A DNA stretch of 64,000 nt from an uncultured Trueperaceae bacterium (GCA_963799485.1 CAWCXJ010000009.1:163984-227983), one strand, 5' to 3'; counted from the stretch's first letter, positions 50,703 to 61,739 are shown. Translations and numbers: made by a program. Notes: generated by a model not told the origin, from the sequence alone.

Positions 50703-51970
50703 GGTATGTTTTTCGTGCGTTGGGGCGGGAGCCGTGGGCGCAGGCGCTGGACAGGCTGAGCGGGGCCACGCTGGGCCGTAACGCTGCCGAGGTCGAGGAC
50801 GCTTACGCCGAGCTTTACGCCGCGCTGAGCGAGGCCGGACACGCCGACTTGTACGAAGCGGCGGCGGCGGGTTTGCTTTACGGCGAGTCGGTGCTGGCGC
50901 AGGCTGCCTTGTCACCGCCTGAAGGTCTGTTGGTCGGGGCGCGGCGCGACCTCTCGAGTCTCCTCAACTTGCTCCGCCGCGACTGGCACGGTGAAGTTGC
51001 CGACATCGTAGGGGACACGGCAGGTAACGCCGTAAGTGCGCGCGCAAGTGGCAGTCGTACAAGTGACACTGCAAGCGACACTGTGGACACTGTGCCGCCG
51101 CTCGAGCAGCTGAGCGTAAAAAAAGACCGGAAAGTCCAGACCCTTGCCCAAACCCTCTGCACCGCCGACGCCGAGTCCGTACTGAGGGCGCTACTCGGGG
51201 CGTACCGCAAGGACGGTAGCGGCGACCTGGCCCGGTTTCCGGCGTTTCGCTGGTCGGGCGGCGCGCTTCACGGCGTCTTGCACCCGGCCTGGGCCGAGGC
51301 GCGTCGGCTGGTTGGTTTGGAGAGGCAACTCGAGCGCCTCTACGCCAACACCGAGGCGTTTCTCTGTGGGCGCGGCGGACAACACGCACTCCTTTACGGC
51401 CCGCGCGGGAGCGGTAAATCTACGGTGCTGCGAAGTCTGGGGGGGCGCTACGCCGAGGCGGGCTTGCGGTTTGTCGAGGTTGTCCCTGAAAGTCTAACCG
51501 AACTGCCGACGATTTTAGAAACGCTGCGCGGGCGACCGCATTTTTACCTGCTCTTCGTCGATGACCTGTCGTTCGAGGCCGGGAGCCGCGCCTACGGACC
51601 GCTTAAATCGCTCTTGGAGGGGTCACTCGGCGGGCGGCCCGCAAACGTCCTCGTTTACGCCACGAGTAACCGCCGCCACCTCGTCACGGAGCGTTTTTCC
51701 GACCGGCCCGACCCCTCAAATGACGATGTTCACGCGTGGGACACGCAGCACGAACGTTTGGCGCTGGCCGACCGTTTCGGTCTCGTTTTGACCTTTCCGG
51801 ACGCGACGCAGCGCCGCTATCTGGAAATCGTCCGGGGGCTTGCGGCGCGTGACGCAGTAGCAGATAGCGATTTAGACACCAAAGCCGTGCGCTTTGCCGA
51901 GTGGGGCAACGGCTATTCGGGACGCACGGCGCAGCAGTTTGTGGAGGCGTTAAAGAGCGGCTTGACCTGA
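50699..51970 (+). CDS. DUF815 family AAA+ ATP-binding protein
   Basis: NTEAF, GPRGSGKS, FVDDLSFE, YATSNRRHL, LADRFG, SGRTA.QF. Confidence 0.88.
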   Translation: MRYVFRALGREPWAQALDRLSGATLGRNAAEVEDAYAELYAALSEAGHADLYEAAAAGLLYGESVLAQAALSPPEGLLVGARRDLSSLLNLLRRDWHGEVADIVGDTAGNAVSARASGSRTSDTASDTVDTVPPLEQLSVKKDRKVQTLAQTLCTADAESVLRALLGAYRKDGSGDLARFPAFRWSGGALHGVLHPAWAEARRLVGLERQLERLYANTEAFLCGRGGQHALLYGPRGSGKSTVLRSLGGRYAEAGLRFVEVVPESLTELPTILETLRGRPHFYLLFVDDLSFEAGSRAYGPLKSLLEGSLGGRPANVLVYATSNRRHLVTERFSDRPDPSNDDVHAWDTQHERLALADRFGLVLTFPDATQRRYLEIVRGLAARDAVADSDLDTKAVRFAEWGNGYSGRTAQQFVEALKSGLT

Positions 51971-52300
51971 CCAATCGGCGTTCCACGTTTCAGCGTGCGG
52001 CATCCCGCTCGTTTTCGCGGCTTCAAATAAAGGCTGAGTGTAGTAGGGAACACGAAGGTCAGGCTCGGCCCCGGTCGGGTTGCGGGCGCGTCCGTCCGGG
52101 AGAAACTCGCGGGGCAGGCCGACGCTACCGGGATTGACAAAAGTCACGCCTCGGTACCGCCTGAGCAGTTAGGCGTGCGTGTGTCCGCCGAACATGAGCG
52201 GGGCGCGTTCGGTTAAAAGTTCGCTCAGCGTTTCGTCCGGCGTAGCGGCGACGATTTCGTCGTCGTAGCTTTTCAGGGAGCCGTAAAAACAGAGATGGCC
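51950..52300 (-). pseudogene. Truncated calcineurin-like metallophosphoesterase
   Basis: GGHTHA*LLRRYRGVTFVNPGSVGLP with in-frame TAA at 52169-52171; 5' half missing. Confidence 0.7.
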
Positions 52301-52361
52301 CAAGTCTCGTGCAGCGAGCGTAGCAAGGGAGTATGGGAGCCTGTGCGGGATACAATTTCCT

Positions 52362-52973
52362 ATGATGTTTCCACTCGAGCGTCCTGCACGCCTTGCGGTT
52401 TTCGCGTCGGGACGCGGTTCGAACCTGCGCTCGCTGACTGCAGCGTTTCCGCCTGCCGACCCGCTCGCGTCGGTTGAACTGGTGCTGAGCAACAAACGCA
52501 GCGCAGGCGCACTTTCGCTTGCTGAGGCGTGCAGGATTTCGGCCTACGCCCTGCCCTTTGGAGCAGACCGCCAACGCTTTGAAAAGGGAGCCGATACACT
52601 ACTGCGAGAGTTTGAAATTGATCTCATCTGTCTGGCAGGGTTTATGCGGGTGTTGTCGCCGGAGTTTACGGCGCGCTGGGCGGGGCGGCTCCTCAACATT
52701 CATCCGTCTTTGCTCCCGGCGTTTCCGGGGCTCCACGCGCAGCGGCAGGCACTCGCGGCCGGGGTGCAAGAGTCGGGTTGTACGGTGCATTTCGTCGATG
52801 CGGGCGTCGATACGGGCGCGGCTATCGTGCAGCGGCGGGTGCCGGTTCTGGCGGGTGACACCGAAGAGACGCTGGCACAGCGTATTTTGGCGGAGGAGCA
52901 TCGGGCGTACCCGGAGGCGGTGCGGCGCGTGCTGACGGGGCAGGCAAGAGCTTACGAAAGGGTCTCGAGATGA
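52362..52973 (+). CDS. purN: Phosphoribosylglycinamide formyltransferase
   Basis: SGRGSNL, LAGFMRVL, NIHPSLLP, GCTVHFV...DTG. Confidence 0.96.
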   Translation: MMFPLERPARLAVFASGRGSNLRSLTAAFPPADPLASVELVLSNKRSAGALSLAEACRISAYALPFGADRQRFEKGADTLLREFEIDLICLAGFMRVLSPEFTARWAGRLLNIHPSLLPAFPGLHAQRQALAAGVQESGCTVHFVDAGVDTGAAIVQRRVPVLAGDTEETLAQRILAEEHRAYPEAVRRVLTGQARAYERVSR

Positions 52974-52983
52974 AAGTAGCGGC

Positions 52984-54270
52984 ATGAAGGTGATGGTCGT
53001 CGGCAGTGGTGGGCGCGAACATGCGCTCGTCTGGAAACTTTCGGAGTCGGCGCGGGTGACGGAGCTTCTAGCGGTTCCCGGCAACGCAGGCATTGCGGAG
53101 CTGGCACGCTGTTTAGACACCGAGCCGACGCCGGACGCGCTTTTAGAGGCCGCTGAACGCGAAAACGTAGATTTTACGGTAATCGGGCCGGAAGTGCCGC
53201 TGGTGGCGGGCGTCGTTGACGTATTTGGGGCGGCGGGGCGGCGTATCTTCGGGCCGAACCGGGCGGCGGCGCGGCTCGAGGGCTCCAAAGCATTCTCCAA
53301 AGCGTTTATGGCGCGGCACGGTATTCCGACGGCGGCCTACCGGAGTTTTACGGCGCTTGACGAGGCGCGTTTATACCTCGAGACCTACTACCCCGACACC
53401 CAAGATTATCCGGTTGTGGTTAAAGATTCGGCGCTCGCAGCGGGTAAAGGCGTGACAATCGCACATACACACGCGGAAGCGGTCGGGGCGTTGGAGGCCG
53501 TTCTAGCGGGCGGTGGTGAAGTTGTGCTCGAGGCGTTTTTAAGCGGGCAAGAGGTGAGTTTGCTGCTCCTGACCGACGGTAGCACGGTGCGGCTGTTGCC
53601 GCTGGCTCAAGACTACAAACAAGCGTTCGACGGTGACGTAGGGCCGATGACCGGCGGCATGGGCGCGGTGGCCCCGGTACCGCTCCTGAGTGACGCGCAG
53701 CTGCGTGCGGTGACGGAAACTATCGTTACGCCGACGCTTGCCGGGCTCCGCGCCGAAGGTGTGCGCTACCGTGGCGTACTCTTTATCGGGTTGATGGTGA
53801 CAGAAGCGGGTGTGGAGGTTCTAGAGTACAACGTCCGTTTCGGTGATCCCGAGACGCAGGCCGTGCTGCCGCTCCTGGAAAGCGATCTGCTCGAGCTTCT
53901 GGAGGCCACCGCTGCCGGACGCCTCGCTGAGGTGACGCCGAGGTGGTCGGGCGCGGCCTCGGCGTGCGTGGTGCTGGCGTCGCCGGGCTACCCGGGGGGG
54001 TATCCGAACGGGTTGCCGCTGGCGTTGCCGGACACACTTCCGCCGAACACGCGGGTGTTTCATGCGGGGACGGCATTGGCGAAGAACGGGTCAGGGGAGA
54101 GCGGGCTGGTCTCGAGCGGAGGCCGCGTTCTAAACGTCGTGGCGTGGGCCGAAACGCTCGCCGAGGCGGTTGCCGCCGCCTACCGGGGCGTCGCAGCCGT
54201 AGATTTTCCCAACGCGCATCTGCGGCGCGATATCGGCGGACGTCTGGAAAACCGCAGCGCCGCGGAGTAA
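52984..54270 (+). CDS. purD: Phosphoribosylamine-glycine ligase
   Basis: GSGGREHAL, LEGSK, LAAGKGV, TGGMGA, EYNVRFGDPETQ, GGRVL. Confidence 0.97.
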   Translation: MKVMVVGSGGREHALVWKLSESARVTELLAVPGNAGIAELARCLDTEPTPDALLEAAERENVDFTVIGPEVPLVAGVVDVFGAAGRRIFGPNRAAARLEGSKAFSKAFMARHGIPTAAYRSFTALDEARLYLETYYPDTQDYPVVVKDSALAAGKGVTIAHTHAEAVGALEAVLAGGGEVVLEAFLSGQEVSLLLLTDGSTVRLLPLAQDYKQAFDGDVGPMTGGMGAVAPVPLLSDAQLRAVTETIVTPTLAGLRAEGVRYRGVLFIGLMVTEAGVEVLEYNVRFGDPETQAVLPLLESDLLELLEATAAGRLAEVTPRWSGAASACVVLASPGYPGGYPNGLPLALPDTLPPNTRVFHAGTALAKNGSGESGLVSSGGRVLNVVAWAETLAEAVAAAYRGVAAVDFPNAHLRRDIGGRLENRSAAE

Positions 54271-54333
54271 TCTGCAAAGACCTACCTGTGCAAAGTAGCG
54301 GGGTTCGGGGCAATCCGGCAGGTAGACTGGCCC

Positions 54334-55038
54334 ATGTTCAGGTTTCTCTTTTACGCTTTGGCTGCAATCGCGCTGTCCGCCTGTGCGCCTGCTCCGGCGG
54401 CGCGTATCAGCGTCACGCAGCTTAGTGAAGCCCCGACGTACTATCCACACTCGACGGGCGCAGTCTGGTCTTACCTGCCTGAAGGCGAGGCGCAAGACGC
54501 GCCCGTTTTAGTTCAGCAAGTCGAAGGCCCGACGCTCATCGACGGGCAAACACTGACGGTGTGGCGGACGACCGGGCGCGGCCTCGAGACCCGCACCTAC
54601 CGCGATTACCGGGAGGACGGGGTATTTATCCCCCGCGAAACCGGTCCCGGTTACGTCACCACCATTACCCCGGCAATCCGGGAGTGGCCCAGAGAGCGGA
54701 CGCTCCGGGTCGGCTCGAGCTGGGGCGGCGAGGCGGTCGCTACGGTCAACTTTACCGACGCCGGTAAAAGTGAAGAGGTGAGGCTCGAGTACCGCTTTGA
54801 GATCGTCGATGCGCGCCCGGTGACGACGCCTGCGGGGTCTTTTGAGGTGTTTGTCGTCTCGTTTGAAAGCCGCTCGTACAATCCGGCAGGGGAGGCGCAA
54901 GAGGTTTTACGGCAAGAACTCTGGTTTACGCCCTTTGTCGGCGAGGTCAAAACCGACGCCGGACTCTTTTTGCTCTCGAGCAACCTTTTACCGGACGGAG
55001 CTACGTCACCTGAAAACCCCGGCGGCGTCCCCGAATAG
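54334..55038 (+). CDS. Beta-rich hypothetical lipoprotein
   Basis: Lipobox LSAC; YYP..G..WSY, VTTPAGSFE, WFTPFVGEVK. Confidence 0.75.
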   Translation: MFRFLFYALAAIALSACAPAPAARISVTQLSEAPTYYPHSTGAVWSYLPEGEAQDAPVLVQQVEGPTLIDGQTLTVWRTTGRGLETRTYRDYREDGVFIPRETGPGYVTTITPAIREWPRERTLRVGSSWGGEAVATVNFTDAGKSEEVRLEYRFEIVDARPVTTPAGSFEVFVVSFESRSYNPAGEAQEVLRQELWFTPFVGEVKTDAGLFLLSSNLLPDGATSPENPGGVPE

Positions 55039-55093
55039 ACCTTCGGTCGGCCTGAGGTTATCGGGCAGTAGTAAGGTGCTAGGGTTTTTATCC

Positions 55094-55123
55094 AAAAAAG
55101 GCGACCCGAAAAGTCGCCTTTTT
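55094..55123. terminator. Bidirectional intrinsic terminator
   Basis: AAAAAAGGCGAC-ccgaaaa-GTCGCCTTTTT between convergent genes. Confidence 0.85.
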
Positions 55124-55220
55124 CGGTTCATCATCCCTTATAACCTTCGCCTGGTGGCACGTTCCCTTCATTCAAACTCGGCTGGTTGTTCGACTTCAAG
55201 CTTCTTCTCGCTGAAACATT

Positions 55221-56063
55221 TCAGTAGATTTCCGGTACAAACGTCTGCTCATCGACCGGCGGTCTGACATACGAGGTGTTTTCTTGCCGCTCCGGAAGTT
55301 CTATCGGTTCGGGCGTCAGGTCTTCGTAGGGAATTACACTGAGGAGGTGACTGATACAGTTGAGCCGGGCGCGTTTTTTATCGTCGGCGTCTACGACCAG
55401 CCACGGCGCTTGTTTGATGTCGGTATAGTTAAACATCGTGTCTTTGGCCTTGGAGTATTCGACCCACTTGCTCCGCGCTTCTAAATCCATCGGCGAGAGT
55501 TTCCAGCGCTTGCTGGGGTCTTCCAAGCGGTCTTGAAAACGCCGCTCCTGCTCGTCGGGAGAGACTGAAAACCAGTATTTGATTAAAACGATACCCGAAC
55601 GCACCAGCATCCGTTCAAACTCGGGGCACGAGCGCATAAATTCCTGGTATTCGGCTTCGGTACAAAAGCCCATCACCCGTTCGACGCCCGCGCGGTTGTA
55701 CCAGCTCCGGTCAAATAACACCATCTCGCCGCCTGCCGGAAGCTGGGCGATGTAGCGCTGAAAGTACCACTGCGTCTTTTCCCGCTCCGTCGGCGTGCCG
55801 AGAGCAACCACGCGGCAGATGCGCGGGTTCAAGCTTTCGGTAATCCGCTTGATGACGCCGCCCTTACCGGCTGCGTCCCGCCCTTCAAAAATTACGACGA
55901 CCTTGAGTCCCCGTTCCCGAATCCATTCCTGCAGTTTGACCAGCTCGAGCTGTAACCGCTCGAGTTCGGCCTCATAGGTCTTTTTTGCGAGCTTTTTGGG
56001 CTTTGCATCCGAGTTTGCCTGACTCGAGCCGTTTTCTTCAGCTTTGGATTTTTTTGTCGCCAC
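55221..56063 (-). CDS. ppk2: Polyphosphate kinase 2
   Basis: FEGRDAAGKGG, QWYFQRY, FDRSWYNRAGVE, WKLSPMD. Confidence 0.95.
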   Translation of the reverse strand: MATKKSKAEENGSSQANSDAKPKKLAKKTYEAELERLQLELVKLQEWIRERGLKVVVIFEGRDAAGKGGVIKRITESLNPRICRVVALGTPTEREKTQWYFQRYIAQLPAGGEMVLFDRSWYNRAGVERVMGFCTEAEYQEFMRSCPEFERMLVRSGIVLIKYWFSVSPDEQERRFQDRLEDPSKRWKLSPMDLEARSKWVEYSKAKDTMFNYTDIKQAPWLVVDADDKKRARLNCISHLLSVIPYEDLTPEPIELPERQENTSYVRPPVDEQTFVPEIY

Positions 56064-56282
56064 CTTGTCCTCCTGTTAGCTTCTTGTCCGGCTGCCTGCT
56101 TGGTTTCGGCGTGCCCGGGTGGTTCTCGAGCGGACTTTAGCCTGTGCGCGACCCACGCGTATATGAATATCGCTTTTGCCCCGGTGTCCACCTCGACTCT
56201 AGAGTAAACCGCAAGACTGCGCCGTAGTGCCTTACCAAATCAGCACAACCGCTGAAGGTGATAGCTTTTTAGGCGCAGTAAA

Positions 56283-56309
56283 CTTGACAATACTGCACTC
56301 AAGTTTCAT
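56283..56309 (+). promoter_or_regulatory. clpB promoter overlapped by a HAIR-like (HspR) operator
   Basis: CTTGACA-N7-ACTCAAG vs consensus CTTGAGT-N7-ACTCAAG; includes TTGACA, with CATAAT downstream. Confidence 0.75.
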
Positions 56310-56321
56310 AATAGAGACACT

Positions 56322-58901
56322 ATGGACGCCGAACGTTTTACCGAATCAACCCTACAAGCCGTGCAAAATGCCCAAGGAATCGCCCGTACGCGCGGGCATC
56401 AAACCGTCGTGCCCGCCCACCTCGCCACTGCCCTGCTAGCTGACGCGAACAGTCCTTCAGCAAGGGTTCTGGAACGTGCCGGGGGCAATTTACAGGCTGT
56501 GCAGAGTAGCCTCAACGCCGTCTTGGACGGTTTACCGAAAGTCTCCGGCAGCGACGGTCAATACCTGAGCCCAAACTTAGCCAAAGCCTTCGACGAAGCC
56601 GAACGCGTCGCTAAAGCCTGGAACGACAGTTTTGTCGCCGCCGACGCGCTGCTCGTCGCGCTCCGCCGCACCGCCGGCAGAGAACTCGGCAGTTTGCCTG
56701 AAGGGAAAGCGCTCGAGGCCGCCGCACAAGAAATCAGAGGGGGAAGAACCGTGGACAGCAAATCCGCCGAAACGACCTTTGAAGCGCTGGAAAAATACGG
56801 CATCGACCTGACCGAACGCGCCCGCACCGGGGCGCTCGACCCCGTGATTGGGCGTGACGAAGAGATTCGCCGCGCCGTGCAGATTCTTTTACGGCGTACC
56901 AAAAATAACCCGGTCCTAATTGGTGAACCGGGTGTCGGCAAGACCGCCATCGCCGAAGGGCTCGCGCAACGTATCGTCAACAAAGACATCCCCGAAGGCT
57001 TGCAAGGAAAACGGGTCATCGCCCTCGATATGGGTTCGCTCTTGGCGGGCGCGAAGTTTCGCGGTGAGTTTGAAGAGCGCTTAAAGGCCGTCATCAACGA
57101 AACTGTGCAGTCAAAGGGTGAGGTCATCTTGTTTATGGACGAGCTGCACACCATCGTCGGGGCCGGCAAGGCCGAAGGTGCGGTGGACGCCGGAAACATG
57201 CTCAAACCGCCCCTCGCCAGGGGCGAACTCCGGATGATCGGCGCGACCACCTTGAGCGAATACCGCGCCATCGAAAAAGACGCTGCGTTGGAGCGCCGTT
57301 TTCAACCTATCGTCGTGACAGAACCGAGCGTTGAAGACACCATCTCGATTTTACGCGGCATCAAGGAAAAGTATCAGGTGCACCACAACGTCACCATCAC
57401 CGACTCGGCGATTATCGCGGCGGCCACCTTGTCTAACCGCTACATCGCCGACCGGCAACTCCCGGACAAAGCGATTGACCTCATAGACGAAGCCGCGAGC
57501 CGAATTCGCGTGCAGCTCGACAGTATGCCTGAAGAGATCGATACCTTGCGGCGGCGCAAGTTGCAGCTCGAGATCGAACAAGAAGCCCTGCGGCTCGAGA
57601 ACGACACCGAGGCCGCCAACCGCCTTTTACGGATTGAAGAAGAGTTACGCGGGTTAGAAGAGCGCATCAACCAGACCACCTCGGACTGGCAAGCCGAAAA
57701 GAAAATCCGCGACGACTACAGCGCCGCGCAAAACGAACTCGACGAGGTGCGCACGCAGATGGAGGCGGCGCAGCGCGAATACGATCTGAATAAAGCGGCT
57801 GAGTTGCAGTACGGACGGTTGCCGAAGCTCGAAGCAACTTTACGCGAGCTGGAGGCGCAACTTGCCGACGCCAAATACGTCCGCTTAGACGTAGACGCCG
57901 ACGAGATTGCCGAAGTGGTGAGCCGCTGGACGAACATTCCGCTCTCGAGGCTCTTGGAGGGCGAACGCGAAAAACTCTTGCGTCTGGAACACGAACTTCA
58001 CGAGCGCGTCATCGGGCAAGATGAAGCGGTGACTGCCGTTGCCGACGCCATCCGCCGGGCCAGGGCCGGGTTGTCCGACCCGAACCGGCCGATTGGCTCC
58101 TTCATCTTTTTAGGGCCGACCGGGGTAGGGAAGACCGAGACCGCCAAAGCCCTGGCTGAACTCCTGTTCGACACCGAAGACAACCTCATTCGCCTCGACA
58201 TGTCCGAATACATGGAGCGGCACGCGACCGCGCGGCTTATCGGCGCGCCTCCGGGATATATCGGTTACGACGAAGGCGGACAGCTCACCGAAGCGGTGCG
58301 CCGCCGCCCCTACAGTGTCCTGCTGTTTGACGAGATTGAAAAGGCGCACCCGGACGTGTTCAATACGCTGCTGCAACTCTTAGACGACGGTCGTTTGACC
58401 GATTCGCAGGGGCGCACGGTGGACTTTCGCAACACGGTCGTGATTATGACCTCGAACATCGGGTCGCCGCAGATTTTGGAGGCCAGCCGCAGCGGAGCCG
58501 ATTACGAAAGCGTCAAAGAGACGGTGTTTAATCTCCTCCAAACTCACTTTCGCCCGGAGTTTTTGAACCGGGTCGACGACGCCATCGTCTTTCACGCCCT
58601 TGACCGCAGCGAAGTCGGGGCCATTGCTGAAATCCAGCTCGGTCGCCTGCGTGAACGCCTCGCTGAGCGGCACATCACCCTGACGCTCTCTGAGGGTGCC
58701 AAAGAACAACTCGCCCGCGTCGGCTATGATCCGGTTTTCGGTGCGCGGCCCCTAAAACGGGCGATTCAGCAACTCATCGAAACACCGCTTTCGCGTAAAC
58801 TTATCGGCGGGGAGATTGAAGACGGGGATGATGTGAGGCTCGAGGCCGGTGCGGGCGGGTTTACGTTTGAGAAACAGCAGCACGCGGAAGTTTTGAACTA
58901 A
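56322..58901 (+). CDS. clpB: ATP-dependent disaggregase ClpB
   Basis: [21 protein letters not shown], long M-domain (AAELQYG), [16 protein letters not shown]. Confidence 0.97.
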   Translation: MDAERFTESTLQAVQNAQGIARTRGHQTVVPAHLATALLADANSPSARVLERAGGNLQAVQSSLNAVLDGLPKVSGSDGQYLSPNLAKAFDEAERVAKAWNDSFVAADALLVALRRTAGRELGSLPEGKALEAAAQEIRGGRTVDSKSAETTFEALEKYGIDLTERARTGALDPVIGRDEEIRRAVQILLRRTKNNPVLIGEPGVGKTAIAEGLAQRIVNKDIPEGLQGKRVIALDMGSLLAGAKFRGEFEERLKAVINETVQSKGEVILFMDELHTIVGAGKAEGAVDAGNMLKPPLARGELRMIGATTLSEYRAIEKDAALERRFQPIVVTEPSVEDTISILRGIKEKYQVHHNVTITDSAIIAAATLSNRYIADRQLPDKAIDLIDEAASRIRVQLDSMPEEIDTLRRRKLQLEIEQEALRLENDTEAANRLLRIEEELRGLEERINQTTSDWQAEKKIRDDYSAAQNELDEVRTQMEAAQREYDLNKAAELQYGRLPKLEATLRELEAQLADAKYVRLDVDADEIAEVVSRWTNIPLSRLLEGEREKLLRLEHELHERVIGQDEAVTAVADAIRRARAGLSDPNRPIGSFIFLGPTGVGKTETAKALAELLFDTEDNLIRLDMSEYMERHATARLIGAPPGYIGYDEGGQLTEAVRRRPYSVLLFDEIEKAHPDVFNTLLQLLDDGRLTDSQGRTVDFRNTVVIMTSNIGSPQILEASRSGADYESVKETVFNLLQTHFRPEFLNRVDDAIVFHALDRSEVGAIAEIQLGRLRERLAERHITLTLSEGAKEQLARVGYDPVFGARPLKRAIQQLIETPLSRKLIGGEIEDGDDVRLEAGAGGFTFEKQQHAEVLN

Positions 58902-58917
58902 CGCACATCTGAACGAC

Positions 58918-58946
58918 AAAAGGCCAGCCTCGGCGCTGGCCTTTTT
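58918..58946. terminator. Bidirectional intrinsic terminator (clpB/pgi)
   Basis: AAAAGGCCAGC-ctcggc-GCTGGCCTTTTT. Confidence 0.85.
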
Positions 58947-58961
58947 ACGGCGTTTCCTATC

Positions 58962-60602
58962 CTAGCGAAGCTTTTTGTACGTGTTAATCAGCCCATTGGT
59001 ACTGCTGTCGTGACCCCTGACCTCCTCATCTCCCTCGAGTTCCGGTAAAATCTGCTTCGCCAAGACCTTACCGAGTTCAACCCCCATCTGGTCGAACGAA
59101 TTGATGTTCCAAATGACGCCCTGCGTAAAAATCTTGTGTTCATAAAGCGCAATCAGCATTCCGAGCGTTTTCGGGTCAAGCTCCTCATATAAAAAGCTGT
59201 TCGTCGGACGGTTGCCGGGAAACGTCTTCGACGCTGCCAATAAGTCGGGGTCAACGCCGCCCGCGTCCTGCCCAACCTCGGCTTTGGCCTCTTCAAAGGT
59301 GCGGCCTTTCATCAACGCTTCGGTCTGGGCGAAAAAGTTGGATAACAAAATCTCGTGGTGCTTACCGACCGGGTTGTGCGTTTTGGCAGCAGCTAAAAAG
59401 TCGCAGGGGATGAGCTTGGTGCCCTGGTGGATGAGCTGGTAAAACGCGTGCTGACCGTTGGTACCGGGTTGTCCCCAAATCACGGGGCCGGTGCTGAAGG
59501 GAACCGGCTCGCCCTCACGGGTGGTGCTTTTACCGTTCGATTCCATGTCGCCCTGCTGAAAATACGAGGGGAAATACTCCAAATAGTAGTCGTACGGCAA
59601 GATTGCATGACTTTGTGCGTCGAAAAAGTCGTTGTACCACACACCCAGAACGCCCATGATGACCGGAATGTTTTCAGAAAGTGGCGCGTTCAAAAAGTGT
59701 TCGTCGGCTACGCGCGCACCTGCTAACAGCGCCTCGAAGTTGTCCATCCCGACATAAAGCGCAATAGAAAGCCCGATGGCGCTCCAGAGCGAGTAGCGCC
59801 CGCCGACCCAATCGGAAAACTCGAACATGTTCTCCGCGTCGATACCGAACGCCTTGACCGCTTCTTCGTTCGTAGACATGGCGACAAAATGTTTGGCGAC
59901 GGCGCTGTCGTCTTTTGCGGCGCTGAGCAGCCAGTCCCTTGCCGTAGCCGCATTGGTCATCGTCTCCTGAGTCGTAAACGTTTTGGACGCCACTAAAAAG
60001 AGGGTCGTTTCAGGCTTCAGGTGTTTTAGGGTCTCAGAAATATCGCTGCCGTCAACGTTTGAGACGTAGTGAACGCTGAGGCGCGGGTGCCCGTAAGGAA
60101 TCAGCGCGTGCGTGACCATCTTTGGCCCCAAATCGGAGCCGCCGATCCCGATATTGACGATATCGGTAATTTCTTCGCCGGTGTAGCCCTGCCACGACCC
60201 GCTTCGCACGGCTTCAGTAAAGGTTCGCATCTTGCCCAAAGTTTCGCTTACGCCAGGCATCACGTCTTCGCCGTCTACATAGATAGGCTTGTCCGGGCGG
60301 TTGCGCAGCGCAGTGTGCAGCACCGCGCGGTCTTCGGTCGCGTTGATCTTCTCACCGGAGAACATCGCGTCGCGCAGTTCAGGAACCCCGGCAGCTTGGG
60401 CGAGTGCCAGAAGTTTGTCCAGCGTCTCCCGCGTGACCCGGTTTTTGGAGTAGTCGAACAGAAGCGTCTCGAGGCGGAGCGAGAAGCTCTCAAAGCGTGT
60501 GGCGTCCCCCTCGAAGAGTTCGCGCATGTGAACGTCCTGCATCTCTTTTTGATGGTCTTGTAGCGCGTTCCAAGCTGCGGCGGTAGCGGCGTTTTGAGTC
60601 AT
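58962..60602 (-). CDS. pgi: Glucose-6-phosphate isomerase
   Basis: [53 protein letters not shown]. Confidence 0.97.
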   Translation of the reverse strand: MTQNAATAAAWNALQDHQKEMQDVHMRELFEGDATRFESFSLRLETLLFDYSKNRVTRETLDKLLALAQAAGVPELRDAMFSGEKINATEDRAVLHTALRNRPDKPIYVDGEDVMPGVSETLGKMRTFTEAVRSGSWQGYTGEEITDIVNIGIGGSDLGPKMVTHALIPYGHPRLSVHYVSNVDGSDISETLKHLKPETTLFLVASKTFTTQETMTNAATARDWLLSAAKDDSAVAKHFVAMSTNEEAVKAFGIDAENMFEFSDWVGGRYSLWSAIGLSIALYVGMDNFEALLAGARVADEHFLNAPLSENIPVIMGVLGVWYNDFFDAQSHAILPYDYYLEYFPSYFQQGDMESNGKSTTREGEPVPFSTGPVIWGQPGTNGQHAFYQLIHQGTKLIPCDFLAAAKTHNPVGKHHEILLSNFFAQTEALMKGRTFEEAKAEVGQDAGGVDPDLLAASKTFPGNRPTNSFLYEELDPKTLGMLIALYEHKIFTQGVIWNINSFDQMGVELGKVLAKQILPELEGDEEVRGHDSSTNGLINTYKKLR

Positions 60603-60669
60603 CCTGCCTCCTTGAGTTGCTGCATCATAAAGCATTTTACCCGTGTGTCAGGCGGTGCTACCATGAAGT

Positions 60670-61554
60670 GTGAATCAAGCTACGACGTCCGCCCGTCCCC
60701 AACCTACGCTCAAAACGTACCTGAGTTTTGTCAAGTTCGAGCACACGCTCTTTGCCCTGCCTTTCGCTTACGGCGGGATGCTCTTGGCAGCTGGCAGCTG
60801 GCCGGGGTGGGGCGTATTTTTTTGGATTACGGTGGCGATGGTCGGGGCGCGCACGGCGAGCATGGCGCTTAACCGGGTGATTGACGCCGAACTCGACGCT
60901 CGCAACCCACGCACGGCGAGTCGGGAAATCCCTCGAGGCGTTTTGAAAAGACGCAACGGGGTGGCTTTGGCCCTGGCGGGTTTTACGCTGCTCGGCTTGG
61001 CAGGCTGGGCGCTCAATCCGCTGACGCTGGCGCTTTTGCCGGTTGCGGTCATCTTTTTAACGCTTTATCCGTACCTCAAACGCTTTACCTGGCTGTGTCA
61101 CTTGTGGCTGGGTGTAACCATTGGGGCGGCGGCGGCGGGGGGCTGGATTGCAGTGACAGGTTCTTTTGCCCTGGCGACTTGGACGCTCTGGGCGGGGGTC
61201 GCTTGCTGGATTGCTGGATTTGACGTGATTTACGGCATTTTAGATTACGACCACGACGTTCAAAACGGGGTTCACAGCGTTCCGGCAGACTTTGGGTTGG
61301 AGCGGGCGCTCGAGGTCGCTGCCGCCCTCCACCTCCTGGCGTGGGGCTTTTTAGCGTTGACGCTGCCGCTCTCAGGGTCGCACTGGCCTTTTGCGCTCGG
61401 CCTCGGTGTCGTTGCTGCCGTGTTGCTCTGGAGTCAAAGGGTTGCGCGGTCGACAGATTTAGGCGACGCGCTGCGGTCGTTTAACGGCAACCTTTATGTT
61501 AGCGGCGTGATGCTTCTCGCTGTCGTTCTGGATATTGCGCTCTACCCGCGTTGA
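60670..61554 (+). CDS. mqnP: UbiA-family polyprenyltransferase, MqnP-like (futalosine pathway)
   Basis: VKFEHTLFALPFA, NRVIDAELDARNPRT..REIP, YPYLKRF, GFDVIY...D. Confidence 0.8.
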   Translation: MNQATTSARPQPTLKTYLSFVKFEHTLFALPFAYGGMLLAAGSWPGWGVFFWITVAMVGARTASMALNRVIDAELDARNPRTASREIPRGVLKRRNGVALALAGFTLLGLAGWALNPLTLALLPVAVIFLTLYPYLKRFTWLCHLWLGVTIGAAAAGGWIAVTGSFALATWTLWAGVACWIAGFDVIYGILDYDHDVQNGVHSVPADFGLERALEVAAALHLLAWGFLALTLPLSGSHWPFALGLGVVAAVLLWSQRVARSTDLGDALRSFNGNLYVSGVMLLAVVLDIALYPR

Positions 61555-61580
61555 CAAGCCCCTGAGTTCTTGGGTATCAT
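61551..61580 (+). promoter_or_regulatory. Sigma70-type promoter for the tRNA operon
   Basis: TTGACA-18 nt-TATCAT. Confidence 0.7.
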
Positions 61581-61612
61581 ACCGCTTGCCCTTCGGGGTA
61601 GGTAATGACTGT

Positions 61613-61688
61613 GGAGCCGTAGTGTAGGGGTCAGCATATCTGCCTGTCACGCAGAAGGTCGCGGGTTCAAATCCCGTCGGCTCCGCCA
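61613..61688 (+). tRNA. tRNA-Asp(GTC)
   Basis: GGAGCCG...TCTGCCT GTC ACGCAGA...GGTTCAAATCC..CGGCTCCGCCA. Confidence 0.96.
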
Positions 61689-61693
61689 ACAAG

Positions 61694-61732
61694 TTACTGG
61701 TATCATCGGTAATTTACCGATGATACCAGTAA
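61694..61732. repeat. Perfect 19-bp inverted repeat with 1-nt centre in the tRNA spacer
   Basis: TTACTGGTATCATCGGTAA-T-TTACCGATGATACCAGTAA. Confidence 0.9.
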
Positions 61733-61739
61733 TCCCCAC

